DNA of 17,920 bases from a bacterium (GTDB lineage: Bacteria > SAR324 > NAC60-12): positions 1 to 17,920 of the forward strand of contig CBDDTI010000126.1 in assembly GCA_965233585.1 (NCBI GenBank). Reading direction: 5' to 3'. The first letter of the stretch is position 1. Every line of letters begins with the position of its first letter. Both the position numbers and the translations under genes were made by a program. This document shows, one piece after another, positions 1 to 10,622 of the stretch. A model generated the notes under the pieces. That model saw only the letters and a list, made by a program, of their open reading frames with translations, made no database searches and was not told the DNA's origin.

Positions 1-1544
1 TTGCCACGTTGAGTTTGACATCTTTGTAATTTGTCGTGTATGCATTGTTTAAAGGAACACTATCACGTTTTTGCGCATGCGCAAGAGTTTGATTTTAGAA
101 CAGGGGGTTAAGAATTCAAAGATGCGAGAATTGACATAGAGCTTTCACAAATTTTGCATCGTCCTCAATCAACTTTGGCTTTGCCCTAAAACTTCTCAGA
201 ATCAAAGATCAATGATACACCGTTCTCGTGAAGTGTCAATTTGTGTGTAATCGAGTCCTTTCGGTGTTAACTTCAATGCCGTTTGAGGGAACTTCGAGTG
301 GAAGGAAGTGTTATGGCGCTGGACGAAGACGGCTTTCTTTAGGCAGCTTTCAGAAAGGTTTAGAAATCGGGAAAGGACTGAGAAGTAATGGAACCAGCAA
401 CATAGGATTTTTTCAAAGAAACCGATTCACGAGGCTTGGGAAAGACTGAAAGGATCGCGGCTCATGCGAGCGTTTCTTTGTTGACATTTTACTCGACTGA
501 GCAAGCAGACCTTTACTCGTTGGTTTTCTTTCTCGATATTCAGACATTCTATCAGGTTTTCTTCGCACAGATATACTCTGTGAGACTGACTCCGATTTAT
601 TTGTTTTTAGCTATCAGGACTGTTTTGTAAATATGATAAGGACTCGTGTATAAAGTCAGTAAAATTTCCAACATAACATTTGCACATTAGCATATCCAGG
701 CTTGTTATGAACCACGGACTTATCGTTGCCTTGTTTTTGCATTACTCATGGGGCTTTTCACGTGTTCCACCACTACATTGGTCAATACGTACAGTTTTTA
801 TTTGCCGTTTAACAGGAAAAAACAAGTTGCTTTCCCTGACTAGTTGAGCGAGTTAACCTTTCTTCCTGTAATTGAGAGATGAACGCGAGTGGCGAATGGG
901 ATATAAATAGCGCTCAACTGTCACTTCGTCGCGTCGGCATGATGCGACAAAGTGACAGTTCTATTGTTTTCCGATGAAAGAAGCCAGTCAAGTTCGCGCG
1001 TGCGCTACATCGTGATAGTGTCCCTTTAAGCTCATTTCTATTGCAAGATATACTTTCGAGTCTCCATGAATCACTTTTGACGAGAACAAACATGAAATTT
1101 ACCGTGAACATGTTGCTTACTTGCATTCTATTTTGTGGCGACGGGCCCGGTTGTGATTAAAACTATTTGCAAATACAGTAGGCAGATTCTCATTACGAAT
1201 AACATCTGTCTTCGTACTTCTTTCTCCGCATGGTCTTCCCTGAACGAAGCCGAACACACAACACGCGAAACAGTCAACAGACTTTCGCGTAAACAGCTAC
1301 ATTTGAATCATTTGGTGCCAGAACGACCAAAAGAGGAAGAAACTTCTACATCGAGCAAGAGAAACATGAGCTCGATCAGATAGTTACGAGAGACATAAGA
1401 ATGTCTCTAGACAAACGTATAGCGTGTTTTGTCCCCTCAAAAGCAAACTCGTGGAGACTTGAACGCATATCTTGCAATAGAAATGAGCCTGAACAATGCA
1501 TAAACACACGACAAGTTACACAGGTGTCAAACTCAACGTGGCGA
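1..1544. mobile_element. Older long-inverted-repeat (fold-back) element; left arm runs off the window start and is interrupted by the 53-1025 insertion
   Basis: 1-52 joined to 1030-~1094 (TTGCCACGTTGAGTTTGACA...TGCATTGTTTAA|GCTCATTTCTATTGCAAGATAT...) is the imperfect reverse complement of ~1424-1544 (...ATATCTTGCAATAGAAATGAGCCTGAACAATGCAT...TGTCAAACTCAACGTGGCGA). True termini are not visible. Confidence 0.75.
53..1025. mobile_element. Non-autonomous DNA transposon, Kolobok-like
   Basis: TIRs AGGAACACTATCACG / CGTGATAGTGTCCCT, flanked by TTAA at 49-52 and 1026-1029. Removing it restores the host arm. TTAA TSD with purine-purine termini fits Kolobok rather than piggyBac (CC..GG). Confidence 0.85.
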
Positions 1545-1781
1545 CATGCAGAAAACAGCGGATATCATGCAGACCCCTGACCTATAAAAATTTGCCATAG
1601 CACCGGCGATTTAATGGCTCAACTCTACTTAAAATTCCTCCTTATTAAACAACACGAAGTGCCCTTCATAAACACGAGTGAAGCGACAAAAAAGGTCGAA
1701 AGATCGACCAGAGAACGGCTAATGTACAAATGTCACGAACCGTAGAAGTCGTGTAGAAGTCGTGTAAGTGTCAACTATATG

Positions 1782-1993
1782 ATTCCGTCTTTTAGGATAT
1801 TGGGTGATTTTCCGTCATTCCGCGGTCTTTTAGGATTTGGGGGTATTTCCGTCGTTCCATGATTCCGCGATTCCATCTTTTAGGACTTGGGGGTATTTTC
1901 CGCCGTTCCGTCATTCCGCGATTCTGTCTTTTAGGATTTGGGGTGATTTTCCGCCGTTCCGCCGTTCCGTCATTCCGGCTTTTAGGGTCGCCC
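1782..1993. repeat. Minisatellite of four ~40-52 bp units, probably the subterminal array and one end of a DNA transposon
   Basis: Unit TCTTTTAGGA(T/C)(T/A)TGGG..ATTTTCCG followed by a variable number of 8-mers (TTCCGTCA/TTCCGCCG/TTCCGCGA). The array ends in CTTTTAGGGTCGCCC. Confidence 0.85.
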
Positions 1994-2084
1994 TAACTTC
2001 TATGTTACTGCGAGAAAGATAATTTATGCAGCCTGCTCGATTCAGGCAGGAAGATATTTTATTGGTCGAAATTAACAATGCTAA

Positions 2085-2160
2085 GGTCCACGAGTCCAGC
2101 CGTGAGTTCGGGGGAGGAGCGCGGGCTCCTTTCCCGAACAGCGGCTGGTAATCGAGCCTA
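2085..2160. mobile_element. Very short degenerate MITE
   Basis: CGAGTCCAGCCGTGAGTTCGGG is imperfectly inverted to CCCGAACAGCGGCTGGTAATCGAGCCTA. No TSD seen. Confidence 0.5.
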
Positions 2161-2828
2161 CTACAGGGGCAGTTGTGCAATACTGTTGGTCACGTAACAG
2201 GGGAACCGTGCGTGAGGGTAGAATATTCACGTCACAGCACATATCAGATCAGGTGATGGACTGACATGACAGCAGCCTTTGTTCTCAGGACCTCCCGGAA
2301 AACAACTATTGTTCTTCAGTTGGTGAAGTACCTCGAAAAATAATCAAAAGACGAAACAAGAGCTCTGGAAATATAGCTTTAGGAATATTGTTTTTACTGA
2401 AGCTGAGTCAAATCCAAATTTTTGCAGATTGGTTAATGTCACGTGCAAAACGCGCAGACAAAGGACAACCAAAAAAATCCAGAATATCATGTCGTTACCA
2501 CGATAAGGAAACTGCGGGCAGACAAAAACTGTTTCGCAGAAAAATCATGCCCAAACCATGTTAAAACTGAGCAGCATATTGGATCTGAAAAGACCCATGG
2601 TCTGATTCAAAAACTGTCTATTACGTATGAATTGCCTGCGCAGCAGTTTATCTGTGTGCAAATATTCGTCCGGGTCATGTCACTGTCTCCAGATCTAGGT
2701 AAAAGAAGAATGTCAAAACCGAGACTGATACAAGTTTTTTTAAAGTTGTACTTTATTTGGGTTAGCCAAACAAGCCCTCCTGCGTGGTACCGGAAATACG
2801 TTAAACCAAACTTGACAGTGGAAATTAA

Positions 2829-3449
2829 CCCATTGACTCTCGGAGCTTTTTGCGAAAAACGCGTTTCTTGGACATTTTGGTGGTTTTTAGGCTGGATCTA
2901 GCCAAATTACCTTTAATATGGTCAAAAATGCACTTGGATCACGACAGCTTGGCTTTCTTGCCACTAGCATCGCGTTTTTCGACATTTTGACTCGGGCATG
3001 CGCAGAAATCAAGATTTTGAGATCATTTTCGACAAGAAAGTGATCTATGTCTTTAGGCTTTTCGATTTTTGGAAATTTTTTTTCGCCTTTCCTTTTTCTC
3101 CTTTTCTTTTCTTTTTGCTGCAGTGATTGACATTTTACTGGGCTTACAGACGGTTAAAAAACTTCTAAGAAAGCGTCATCGAGACGGGCATTTTTTACCA
3201 TGGAGCAGCCAGGTGCAGTGGTAGCAAATTTTGGTCTGAGTTTTTTGCCCCACTTTTTGAGCATTTTTGTGCATATCTCAGGTTCCATTCGGCTGATCAC
3301 TCTGATCTGGGCATCAATGGAAAGATCTTCTCCTCCTGCAGAAGTTGAGCACATATGAAACCAATTTTGGCCAAAAGTGATGACGTCAGTAGTGGAAGAA
3401 AGACCAAGGCTCGTCACGGCCGGTTAGGGCCGGCATGGGAGTCAATGGG
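2829..3449. mobile_element. piggyBac-like non-autonomous element
   Basis: TTAA|CCCATTGACTC ... GAGTCAATGGG|TTAA, with TSDs at 2825-2828 and 3450-3453. CC..GG termini plus TTAA is the piggyBac signature. Confidence 0.9.
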
Positions 3450-3629
3450 TTAAAGACAAGGTAAAATAAAATCATGAAATAATATAATTACAAGAAATAA
3501 CTGCTATGTTTCCTAGTGGATGTTCAGACCATGGGAATCAATTGCTCCGTCTTTTGAATTTAAAATGCTTCCTTGCCTTTACGACTTGAGCGTCGATTTG
3601 AAAAGATTTTCTTGAAGGGGTCGTTAGTA

Positions 3630-3686
3630 CAACCTCGTTCCCAGGGCCATTTTTCTGGCAGGGGAAAGGCACTGCGAACGAGGTTG
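3630..3686. mobile_element. 57-bp MITE with CAACCTCGTTC termini and a degenerate 10-bp TSD (AcademH-like)
   Basis: CAACCTCGTTCCCAGGGCC ... GGCACTGCGAACGAGGTTG. Flanks GTCGTTAGTA / GTCCTTAGCA match at 8/10. Confidence 0.8.
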
Positions 3687-3808
3687 GTCCTTAGCAGTGT
3701 GATTAGGAGAGGAGAGGAGAGGCTGCAGTAGGTTTTGTTTGGTGTTTGAGTTCGTGACATTTGTACATTTGATGTTTTCTTTTAATTTGCGGTTTTTCCG
3801 ATCTCCCT

Positions 3809-4574
3809 CAGTCCAGTCCCTGAACTCTCCTTTCTTACCGCCCCCTATAGGGGCTAAACCCGGGCTGGCGAAAGGAGAGTCCAGGATAACTTGTATGCAC
3901 ATGCTCAGAACGAACCAATCAAACATTACTATGTCCCAATCACGCTGCTTGCGTCAATGTGTCACGCAATGCCTTTTTCAGCTCGAGTTCTCAAAAAAAA
4001 AGCATTTTCTTTGACGTCGGTATTGTGGTAGAAAACATAAAAATGTAAAAATCGAAATATGGTTTATCGTGGTCTGTACTCTTATCGACAACTAGTACGC
4101 GTCATTACTCTTTTCCCAAACATTTTTTTCTTATTGTTTTTGAAAGGAAAGTCTGAGGCGTACAAGCAGTCATTTGCATAATGCAGCGCGTGCACTTTCA
4201 AGTGCGAGTGGGTGTTTTCAATTGTCAACAAATATTGGCGAAGATTTCTTTCGTTATCTTTGATATTGCGATAAAAAACAAATCGAATGTGGTTTAGCGT
4301 GGCACTGGTGAAATTCCACTGATTTGGGATTAATTGATTGACAGGTTTTTAAGCAATCTGAATGCAGAAATTGTTGCTTGTATATTATTATTCAGAAAAT
4401 CACGCCACAAGCGAAATCTGGAAATTACTTCCAAATATGGTTTTCCTCTCATTTTGGGGGAAAAATGGCGGCGTTCTGAGCATGCGCATGCAAGTTATCC
4501 TGGACTCTTCTTTCGCCCGCCTGGATTCAGCCCCTATAGGGGGCGGGAAAAAGGAGAGTTCAGGGACTGGACTA
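3809..4574. mobile_element. Non-autonomous element with ~100-bp TIRs and a degenerate 9-bp TSD (AcademH-like)
   Basis: (C)AGTCCAGTCCCTGAACTCTCC...CATGCTCAGAACG (3809-3912) is inverted to CGTTCTGAGCATG...GGAGAGTTCAGGGACTGGACTA (4472-4574). Flanks GATCTCCCT / GACCTTCCT match at 7/9. Confidence 0.88.
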
Positions 4575-4660
4575 GACCTTCCTCTGCTTCACAAGAGTTT
4601 TTGAAGGGATTGTAGGTAGACAATAGAGTAGAGCGGTTTGACTGAGCTATTGCAAAAGAT

Positions 4661-4790
4661 CCCGGGGGTCTCCCAGAAAAATTGGGTGGGTAGGAGGGGA
4701 GGGGGGGAGCGGTGTGCGTCCCGTTTCTTAAAATCCTTACCCTATCTATGACCAAAACTTGCGATTTTTCCTACGCTATTTACCACCTGA
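4661..4790 (+). mobile_element. Truncated left end of a CCCGGGGG-terminated DNA transposon (possibly EnSpm/CACTA-type)
   Basis: CCCGGGGG...CCCAGAAAAATTGGGT, a G-rich tract, then repeated TACCCTATCTATGACC / TACGCTATTTACCACC. Resembles a common coral repeat from memory. No right end found. Confidence 0.5.
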
Positions 4791-4829
4791 CGGAAACTTC
4801 CTTTTTCGCGTCAGTGGGGGGATCATTGG

Positions 4830-5791
4830 TTTAGTTGTCGACAACTGTCGGAACATGACACACATTTGAGCATGCGCACTGTGTTTTGAGCATGCGTAGT
4901 GAACGCTTCCCAAGATCTTGCTGGCCTGACTTAGTTATTGCTGGCGTTTCGGTAATCTCACAAGTTCGTGTAATTAAAAACGTCTCATTTTCACTTTTAC
5001 TGGTAGCGTTTAACATGAAGGCTAATTTTAAAAAAGAATACTTGTGGAAATCCATCTACTTGAGGTTTCCAAGTTCTAGCATTTGTTACATTCTTTTCTC
5101 AAGTGAAGAAAAATATTGTGGGGCTCTGTTGTTGTTTGACAAAATCCTTGCATACGGCGGCTGAGCCCACAGTACGAGCGACAGTCAAAAATTAACTGTC
5201 CTGCGGAAAAGACACAATAATAGCCTTTTTCTTCGAAGCTAACAAAAATAAAGACAATGCTATAATTGCTTTGGCCTCTTCTAATAATTAACTAGAGAAT
5301 TCCGGATTTAATGTGACGACGAACAGCATATTTTGTTCAGAATAAGACAACTATAATCCTACCTGGTGACACTAGAGGAACTACCATTTTAGGCGCCAAA
5401 TTAGAAGCTGGAGACACAAAATGTTTCATATTTTTCACTTTTTGCAATGTGATATGGTTATGGGAATTGTAAATCCCCTTTTGTGAATAATTCATACCAT
5501 CTCCAATGAGAAAAGTTGCCTGATTTCAATGCCTTTCCTGTCAACTTACAATTGACAGAATCCTGATTGGTCAATTTAAATTTCCCGCGCGCCAGCCGTA
5601 TGCAAGGATCCCTTTAAAACTTAACTAGCTACACCAACCCCTATTATACAGGTTATTTCAAATTACGCGTATTATCAGTATTTCCATCAAGCTCTGACGT
5701 CAGCACTCACTTTCACATTGAAACTCCTAGTCGACACCTAACACTCCAATGCGTGGAATGAATCGTACTCAGTTAGTTGCCGACAACTAAA
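4830..5791. mobile_element. Element bounded by 17-bp self-palindromic inverted repeats; hosts the 5146-5607 insertion
   Basis: TTTAGTTGTCGACAACT (4830-4846) versus AGTTGCCGACAACTAAA (5775-5791), 16/17 inverted match. No TSD evident. Confidence 0.6.
5146..5607. mobile_element. MITE with CCTTGCATACGGC TIRs flanked by AT
   Basis: AT|CCTTGCATACGGC (5144-5158) ... GCCGTATGCAAGG|AT (5595-5609). Confidence 0.75.
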
Positions 5792-6603
5792 TGTCTAGTC
5801 TGTGGAAGGCTTGACAGGAAAAAGTTTTTTTCTTGCCGGATCTCCCCTACCGTAATAGTGGTTTTAGGAATTGACTTAGTCCGAGAATTTGGCCATTATT
5901 TAGGGAGTATAGAATCGTCTACAGATCGCTTCAATTCTTTTATTGATTCAGTTAAATCTGAGATAGATAACTTAAGTAGACGAGAGGGGGATTCAACTGG
6001 ATCGAGGTGGAAAACAAAATAGAAAAAGTGAACTCCTTATCTTACGCCAAACAGGGTGAAATGATTTTAGACGCTCACTTTACTATTGAAATGATACTGG
6101 CTTAGCCCTCTTTCCGCGTGTCGTCATATCATCGGACAATACTATTAAATCTTAACTGGGGCCGGTTGACAGGCCTACACGACTGCGAAGCGCGTGTTTA
6201 GTCTTTTTCATAACTTGGCCCTCACGAGTACATCCTCTCCTCTGTTCTTTCCCTCCTGGCTTTTGTCGCACAATATCAACCATCAGTGCCAAAATGGCAT
6301 TGTTATAGAACAACGGCTACTACTGAGCGAAATATTAAAAGATCGCCCCTCATTTCATCAAAGTGCAGGTCTGTTAACTCCATTTTATACTGTGTATGCA
6401 AAATCCTAAAGTTCAAGGAAAGTCAGCTTTGACTTTGGTCCAAGCACAAATCCAGTCCAAGTTTCAGATGTAAAACTCCAACTATGAGATCGGACAGAGA
6501 AAGTTGGGGCCGATTAGATTGGACTATACGAGTTCGAGATAACTGTGCGAGTATGATTTTTTGATGTTCAAACCAGTGAGGTTTCAGAACCCTAGTTCTT
6601 CTT

Positions 6604-6784
6604 ACACTTTCTTCCAAAATGGCCGCAATTTTAGTATTCTTTTGTTTACTTGCAAATTAGCCCTTGTTGCCTCGTTTAAGGAAAAATATTCTTTTGAATT
6701 TCGAGTTTAAGAACGAGACAACAAGGGCTAATTCGCAAGAAAACAAAAGAATACTAAAATGGCGGCCATTTTGGATTAAGGTGT
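6604..6784. mobile_element. Palindromic MITE (ISL2EU-like, probable AT target)
   Basis: ~70-bp arms: ACACTTTCTTCCAAAATGGCCGC...TAGCCCTTGTTGCCTCGTT / AACGAGACAACAAGGGCTA...GCGGCCATTTTGGATTAAGGTGT|AT. The left flank is TT, so the TSD is imperfect. Confidence 0.85.
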
Positions 6785-7093
6785 ATGCTGGTTTTAGACT
6801 GAGAGGGTAGCTCATGGGATGAAATGGGTATGTGTTGTGATAATGTGAAGTCTGATAACTACAACTGAAAAGTAGTTCTTAAGACCCCTAGTCTTCAATT
6901 AACGTCGTGAAGTAGCCGATTAAGGAGAAGCTTTAATCACAGAATGTGCTAAGCTTTGATACATCCTACCTATGTGCAACGGGCTTCTTCAACAGTAATT
7001 GAATTCTTGCAATTATATTCCATTCCTGCAATCGATTCAGTTGTGTATTTGGCGGACTAATCTCGTCGATCGGTGTCACACCGTAGCGTCAAT

Positions 7094-7321
7094 AGGGAGC
7101 TTAAGCACTCGCGTTTTTGAGACGCGGACGGCAACCGGAAGAGGACATCGATATCTCACGTGCTAGGACCGTATTCTCTACCAGATTTTTATACTTCTCG
7201 TCTCAAATGGAGAAAGGATACTTGATATTGTGAATGTGGTTGTTTGAGGGCAAGTTAAAAGTGAAAATGGCTCACTTCCGATTATCGTCCGTGTCTCAAA
7301 AACGTGCGTGCTAAGCTCCCT
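7094..7321. mobile_element. MITE with AGGGAGCTTAAGCAC termini and AT flanks (ISL2EU/Harbinger-related)
   Basis: AT|AGGGAGCTTAAGCACTCGCGTTTTTGAGACGCGGACG...CGGAAG is inverted to CTTCCG...CGTCCGTGTCTCAAAAACGTGCGTGCTAAGCTCCCT|AT. Confidence 0.88.
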
Positions 7322-8159
7322 ATTAATAGTATCTGCGACATTGTCGGCAAGCTTCGGTTTTTAGAATTCACGCGTGACCTGCGGAAGCTAGCTTTAGGCT
7401 CACTTTCTAAGCGGTCTTTTTCACGACTAGTACTGAGATTTCAACTTCAGGGAACACAAATCATTCCAACAGATATTATTTATTCACTGGGTGCATCTTT
7501 TCTTCCTTTTCATTGACCGAGAGCCCGCGTATCACGTGGCCTGGGATTATTCTCTACAAATAATGATCTGGTCATACATAAAAACCGTCTAAATGTGTTT
7601 TGCTGTAAATAGTAGTAAATTCTGCTCATGCGGAATTGTCACCGCAACCAGGCAACATGCATGTACCAGAATACTTAATCTACGCTGATCACGTTTCCTG
7701 GCCTTGTTCAATTTCTTTCCCACGCGGGAGTTCAAGATAATTATCCTCCATTCTTTTGTGAACGCCGCGGAGGTTCATTTAAATACTTAAACCTTAAAAG
7801 GCATAAACAACCTTTGTTCATGTTAATCCAACTGAACTAGTTAATCAAGTTGCGTTGAGTTTACGAGTTCGAGCACGTTATCGGGGTTTTGGTCTGGCCG
7901 GCTTTTATAACTCGCGTACCTAACAGTCAAGTTCATTTTAAGTTAAGATGTTAACGTAAACATATCCTGGCCGTCATGCCAGCAAGAACTGTGGAACCGT
8001 GCGGCTCTAGCAAAGGCCTACTCTGAGGCCTAAACTCGCCTTAACTCGCCCTAACTCGCCGCTTAAGATTATGTGCAAATTTTCTTATCTCGCCTTAACT
8101 CGCCTAAACTCGCATTATCTCGCACAAACTCGCCCACTCTCGCTACTGCCAAGTGGATA

Positions 8160-8258
8160 CCAGACAGGGAGAAGTGGTCTACCTAATAGGTGGACTAGTT
8201 TTTTCCAAACTTTTCCAGTTGACGGAACCGATCCATTGAGTTTGAATGGATCGTGCCC
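8160..8258. mobile_element. Decayed fragment of a Harbinger-like MITE (right end)
   Basis: GGGAGAAGTGGTCTACCTAATAGGTGGACTAGTTTTTTCC...CCGATCCATTGAGTTTGAATGGATCGTGCCC resembles a common coral MITE ending TGAATGGATCGCGCCC (from memory). Left end absent. Confidence 0.5.
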
Positions 8259-9235
8259 AATACCTCATCTCACTGTCCGGGTAATTCCACAATTAATCCA
8301 CAAAGAGAAGACGCCAAAATATAGGGATTTGTAAGTCCCATCCTTCTGGAATTTCCAATAGCCTCTGTGATAAGGTTTTCAACAGTAAGATTTGATGAAG
8401 TCTTGCTTAGTACTTAATGGACAGCCAATGGAACTACCAGGAACAACCTGAATATGCACAAACTAGTTACCTAACAAAAAAGCTACATTGCTGAGCATGG
8501 CAGAAATTCCAGAGGCATGAGGTCACAGGGCCTAGAGAAACCCACATTGATTGCTAGTATAGTTCGGGCCACAAAGTAGTGACATTGACTAAATAATGAG
8601 ATAATAAATTTACTTATACTTCTAAGTGAGACAAAGCAATACAAAAATGCAATAACAGAATATATATATTTTTTCTTTTAAGCTAGCTAATGATTTACAA
8701 TAAAGTTTGATTGTTGTGGAAAATTTTAAAGTTAAGCTAAATTACTTTGCAAATGTAATGTGTGCAAGCTGTTTATGATAATAAAAGGCAGCAGCATAAT
8801 TATCATCTTATAATCTGATGAAACTTAATGAGGATTCTAGCTGACAATGAAAGTCTGGGATGTAGCCAGAATCCTTCAAATACTCCACATACTGATTGTA
8901 GTCCATATTTCTTAATTATAAAGTTACCTGGTACTAGAAGATCTGTGAATTGGTTCCACGTGACATCCTGTTTGGCTTACATTGTAGTCAAGCTGGCAAC
9001 CATAAGCCATGATTCATAAAGACTTGTTACATTTAGCCATTACAGAATAAAGGTTTTTGCATTGATAGCCAACTCCGTTCGCCATTTTTAAAATTACCCG
9101 AAAGATACTGGTAAACTTGTGTCACGCTAGCTCAACCCAGTCTACTGGCAAGTTTTAGGTGGGAAGCTTCAGCTTAGCGTACATGACGTCAAAGCACGTT
9201 ACAACACGTCTGAGCCGGTGGCCATTTTTGTAAGA

Positions 9236-9804
9236 ATGGGAAGCAGCGAAGATTCATCACAAAGCCGATAATGGAGAGTATTCCTGTACATCAACTTCAA
9301 TGAGGTATAGCTCTCGGCACAACTGTGAACACTTTGTAAAAAGCAAAATAAGCCTGAACAGAAAATAGGATCACTTATTTTTGCTGGCCATGGTATAGGC
9401 TGCGAATGATGTTAAAAATAGTTTACTATCAAGTTGACTTGATCCTCTTTTCTTTTGTGGAAATCAAGGTGTCTCTCACAGGATTGTCCAAGTTTAAGGA
9501 GGGAGTGTCTAAAATACGGGAACTGCATGCTGTCTTCGCGAATTTGCGAAAAGGCATCAATTTCCATTTGCAAGAGATTAAAGTGGATTTATCCCGAGGA
9601 AACGAAAAGTTAATTGGTGTTTTCGTTTCTGGCAGTGAAACCAATCAGTTGGGCTGGATTCCAAAGAAAATCATTAGTGAAGTGGAGAGAATGGGCCAAA
9701 TGGAAGACTTAATGATAAGTCTTATGACTTTCAAGGAGAAAGAAATTTCATTTCATTTTAGTAAAATTGATTGTGTCGTAACAATTTCCCCATCCGAGTT
9801 GTAA
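9236..9804 (+). pseudogene. Putative two-exon cargo gene (9236-9304 + 9469-9804), ~134 codons, possible HIRAN-like domain, one in-frame stop
   Basis: ATG at 9236: MGSSEDSSQSR*WRVFLYINFNE, then donor GAG|GTATAG. Pyrimidine tract and AAG|GTG acceptor at 9468, phase 0. Exon 2 is open for 111 aa (VSLTGLSKF...LIGVFVSGSETNQLGWIPKKIISEV...SPSEL*). LGWIP recalls the HIRAN 'lGyvp' motif (judged by eye). Confidence 0.5.
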
Positions 9805-10221
9805 TTCGTCAACTTCTCCTTTTTTTTTATACTAGTTCTTTGAAGAACATTGACACAGACTGTAAAAACATTATTCTTTTAATTCTGGAGTTAATGATAA
9901 CAATTCATGCCACGCCATGGGATACCTATTATGTTAATCTGTCTAATTAAAACATAGTGTTATTGAATTAAAAAAAAATAAGTAAAATTAAATATCCTAC
10001 CTGTGTTAATACTACAAGTACATTTTCTCATCTATTCATGATTGTTTTGTTTACATTAGTTTCTTTTTTCACTAATTTATTATTCTGCCTTCTGCCAAAT
10101 ATTCATGCAACTACAATAAACAATATATGATGATAACTATTTTTATTAGTACTAGTAGTATCATAGAGCCACCAAATGGTATAGTTGGGTGTCTGAATGC
10201 TATATAACAATTAATAGAAAA

Positions 10222-10371
10222 GAGGCCTCGGTCATTCAAAGGCTGGATAGTGCTATCCGATGGATCAATCTCTATCCAGTAGATAGTGCAATTAGTTTCC
10301 CTAGTACTTATCCACTGTATAGTGATTTATCATTCTGTAGCACTATCCAACGCTCTAACAACCAGGGCAAG
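10222..10371. mobile_element. Degenerate palindromic MITE with GGATAG/CTATCC subrepeats, nested in the 8014-10806 element
   Basis: GGCCTCGGTCATTCAAAGGCTGGATAGTGCTA... is inverted to ...TAGCACTATCCAACGCTCTAACAACCAGGGC, with multiple TATCCA/TGGATA motifs. Confidence 0.7.
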
Positions 10372-10589
10372 GACTTCATACTCCACTTGCCCACTTAGGA
10401 AAAAAGTTCAATTACTAACTTTAAATAAGATTTGGCTTCAGTCAACTTTGGAGCTCATCTAAAATTTTTCGTTGAATTTTTTTTTTGTAATTGGGCAACA
10501 TGAAGACTGTTAGGTATATATACATAAGACATACAAAAATTGCAAGGCATCTTTATATGTATATTACTAAAGCATTTTTGTTTTATTTT

Positions 10590-10622
<33 letters not shown>

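Noticed and set aside
1782..1993. CRISPR array
   Set aside because: The intervals are themselves repetitive 8-mers rather than unique spacers. No cas genes are present and the context is eukaryotic.
2443..2901. 152-aa ORF as a gene
   Set aside because: GTG start, no recognisable motif, and it runs into the piggyBac-like MITE. Probably a chance ORF.
3560..4755. Cluster of ORFs with similar peptides (e.g. LAPIGGGKK, GEFRDWT)
   Set aside because: The similarity comes from translating the two TIRs of the 3809-4574 element.
5600..5616. Kolobok right end GGATCCCTTTAA
   Set aside because: No matching TTAAAGGG left end. The inverted match stops at AT (5144/5609).
5792..6600. Possible host exons or ORFs (5777-6022, 6194-6409, 6423-6617)
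   Set aside because: No recognisable motifs or convincing splice structure. Left unannotated.
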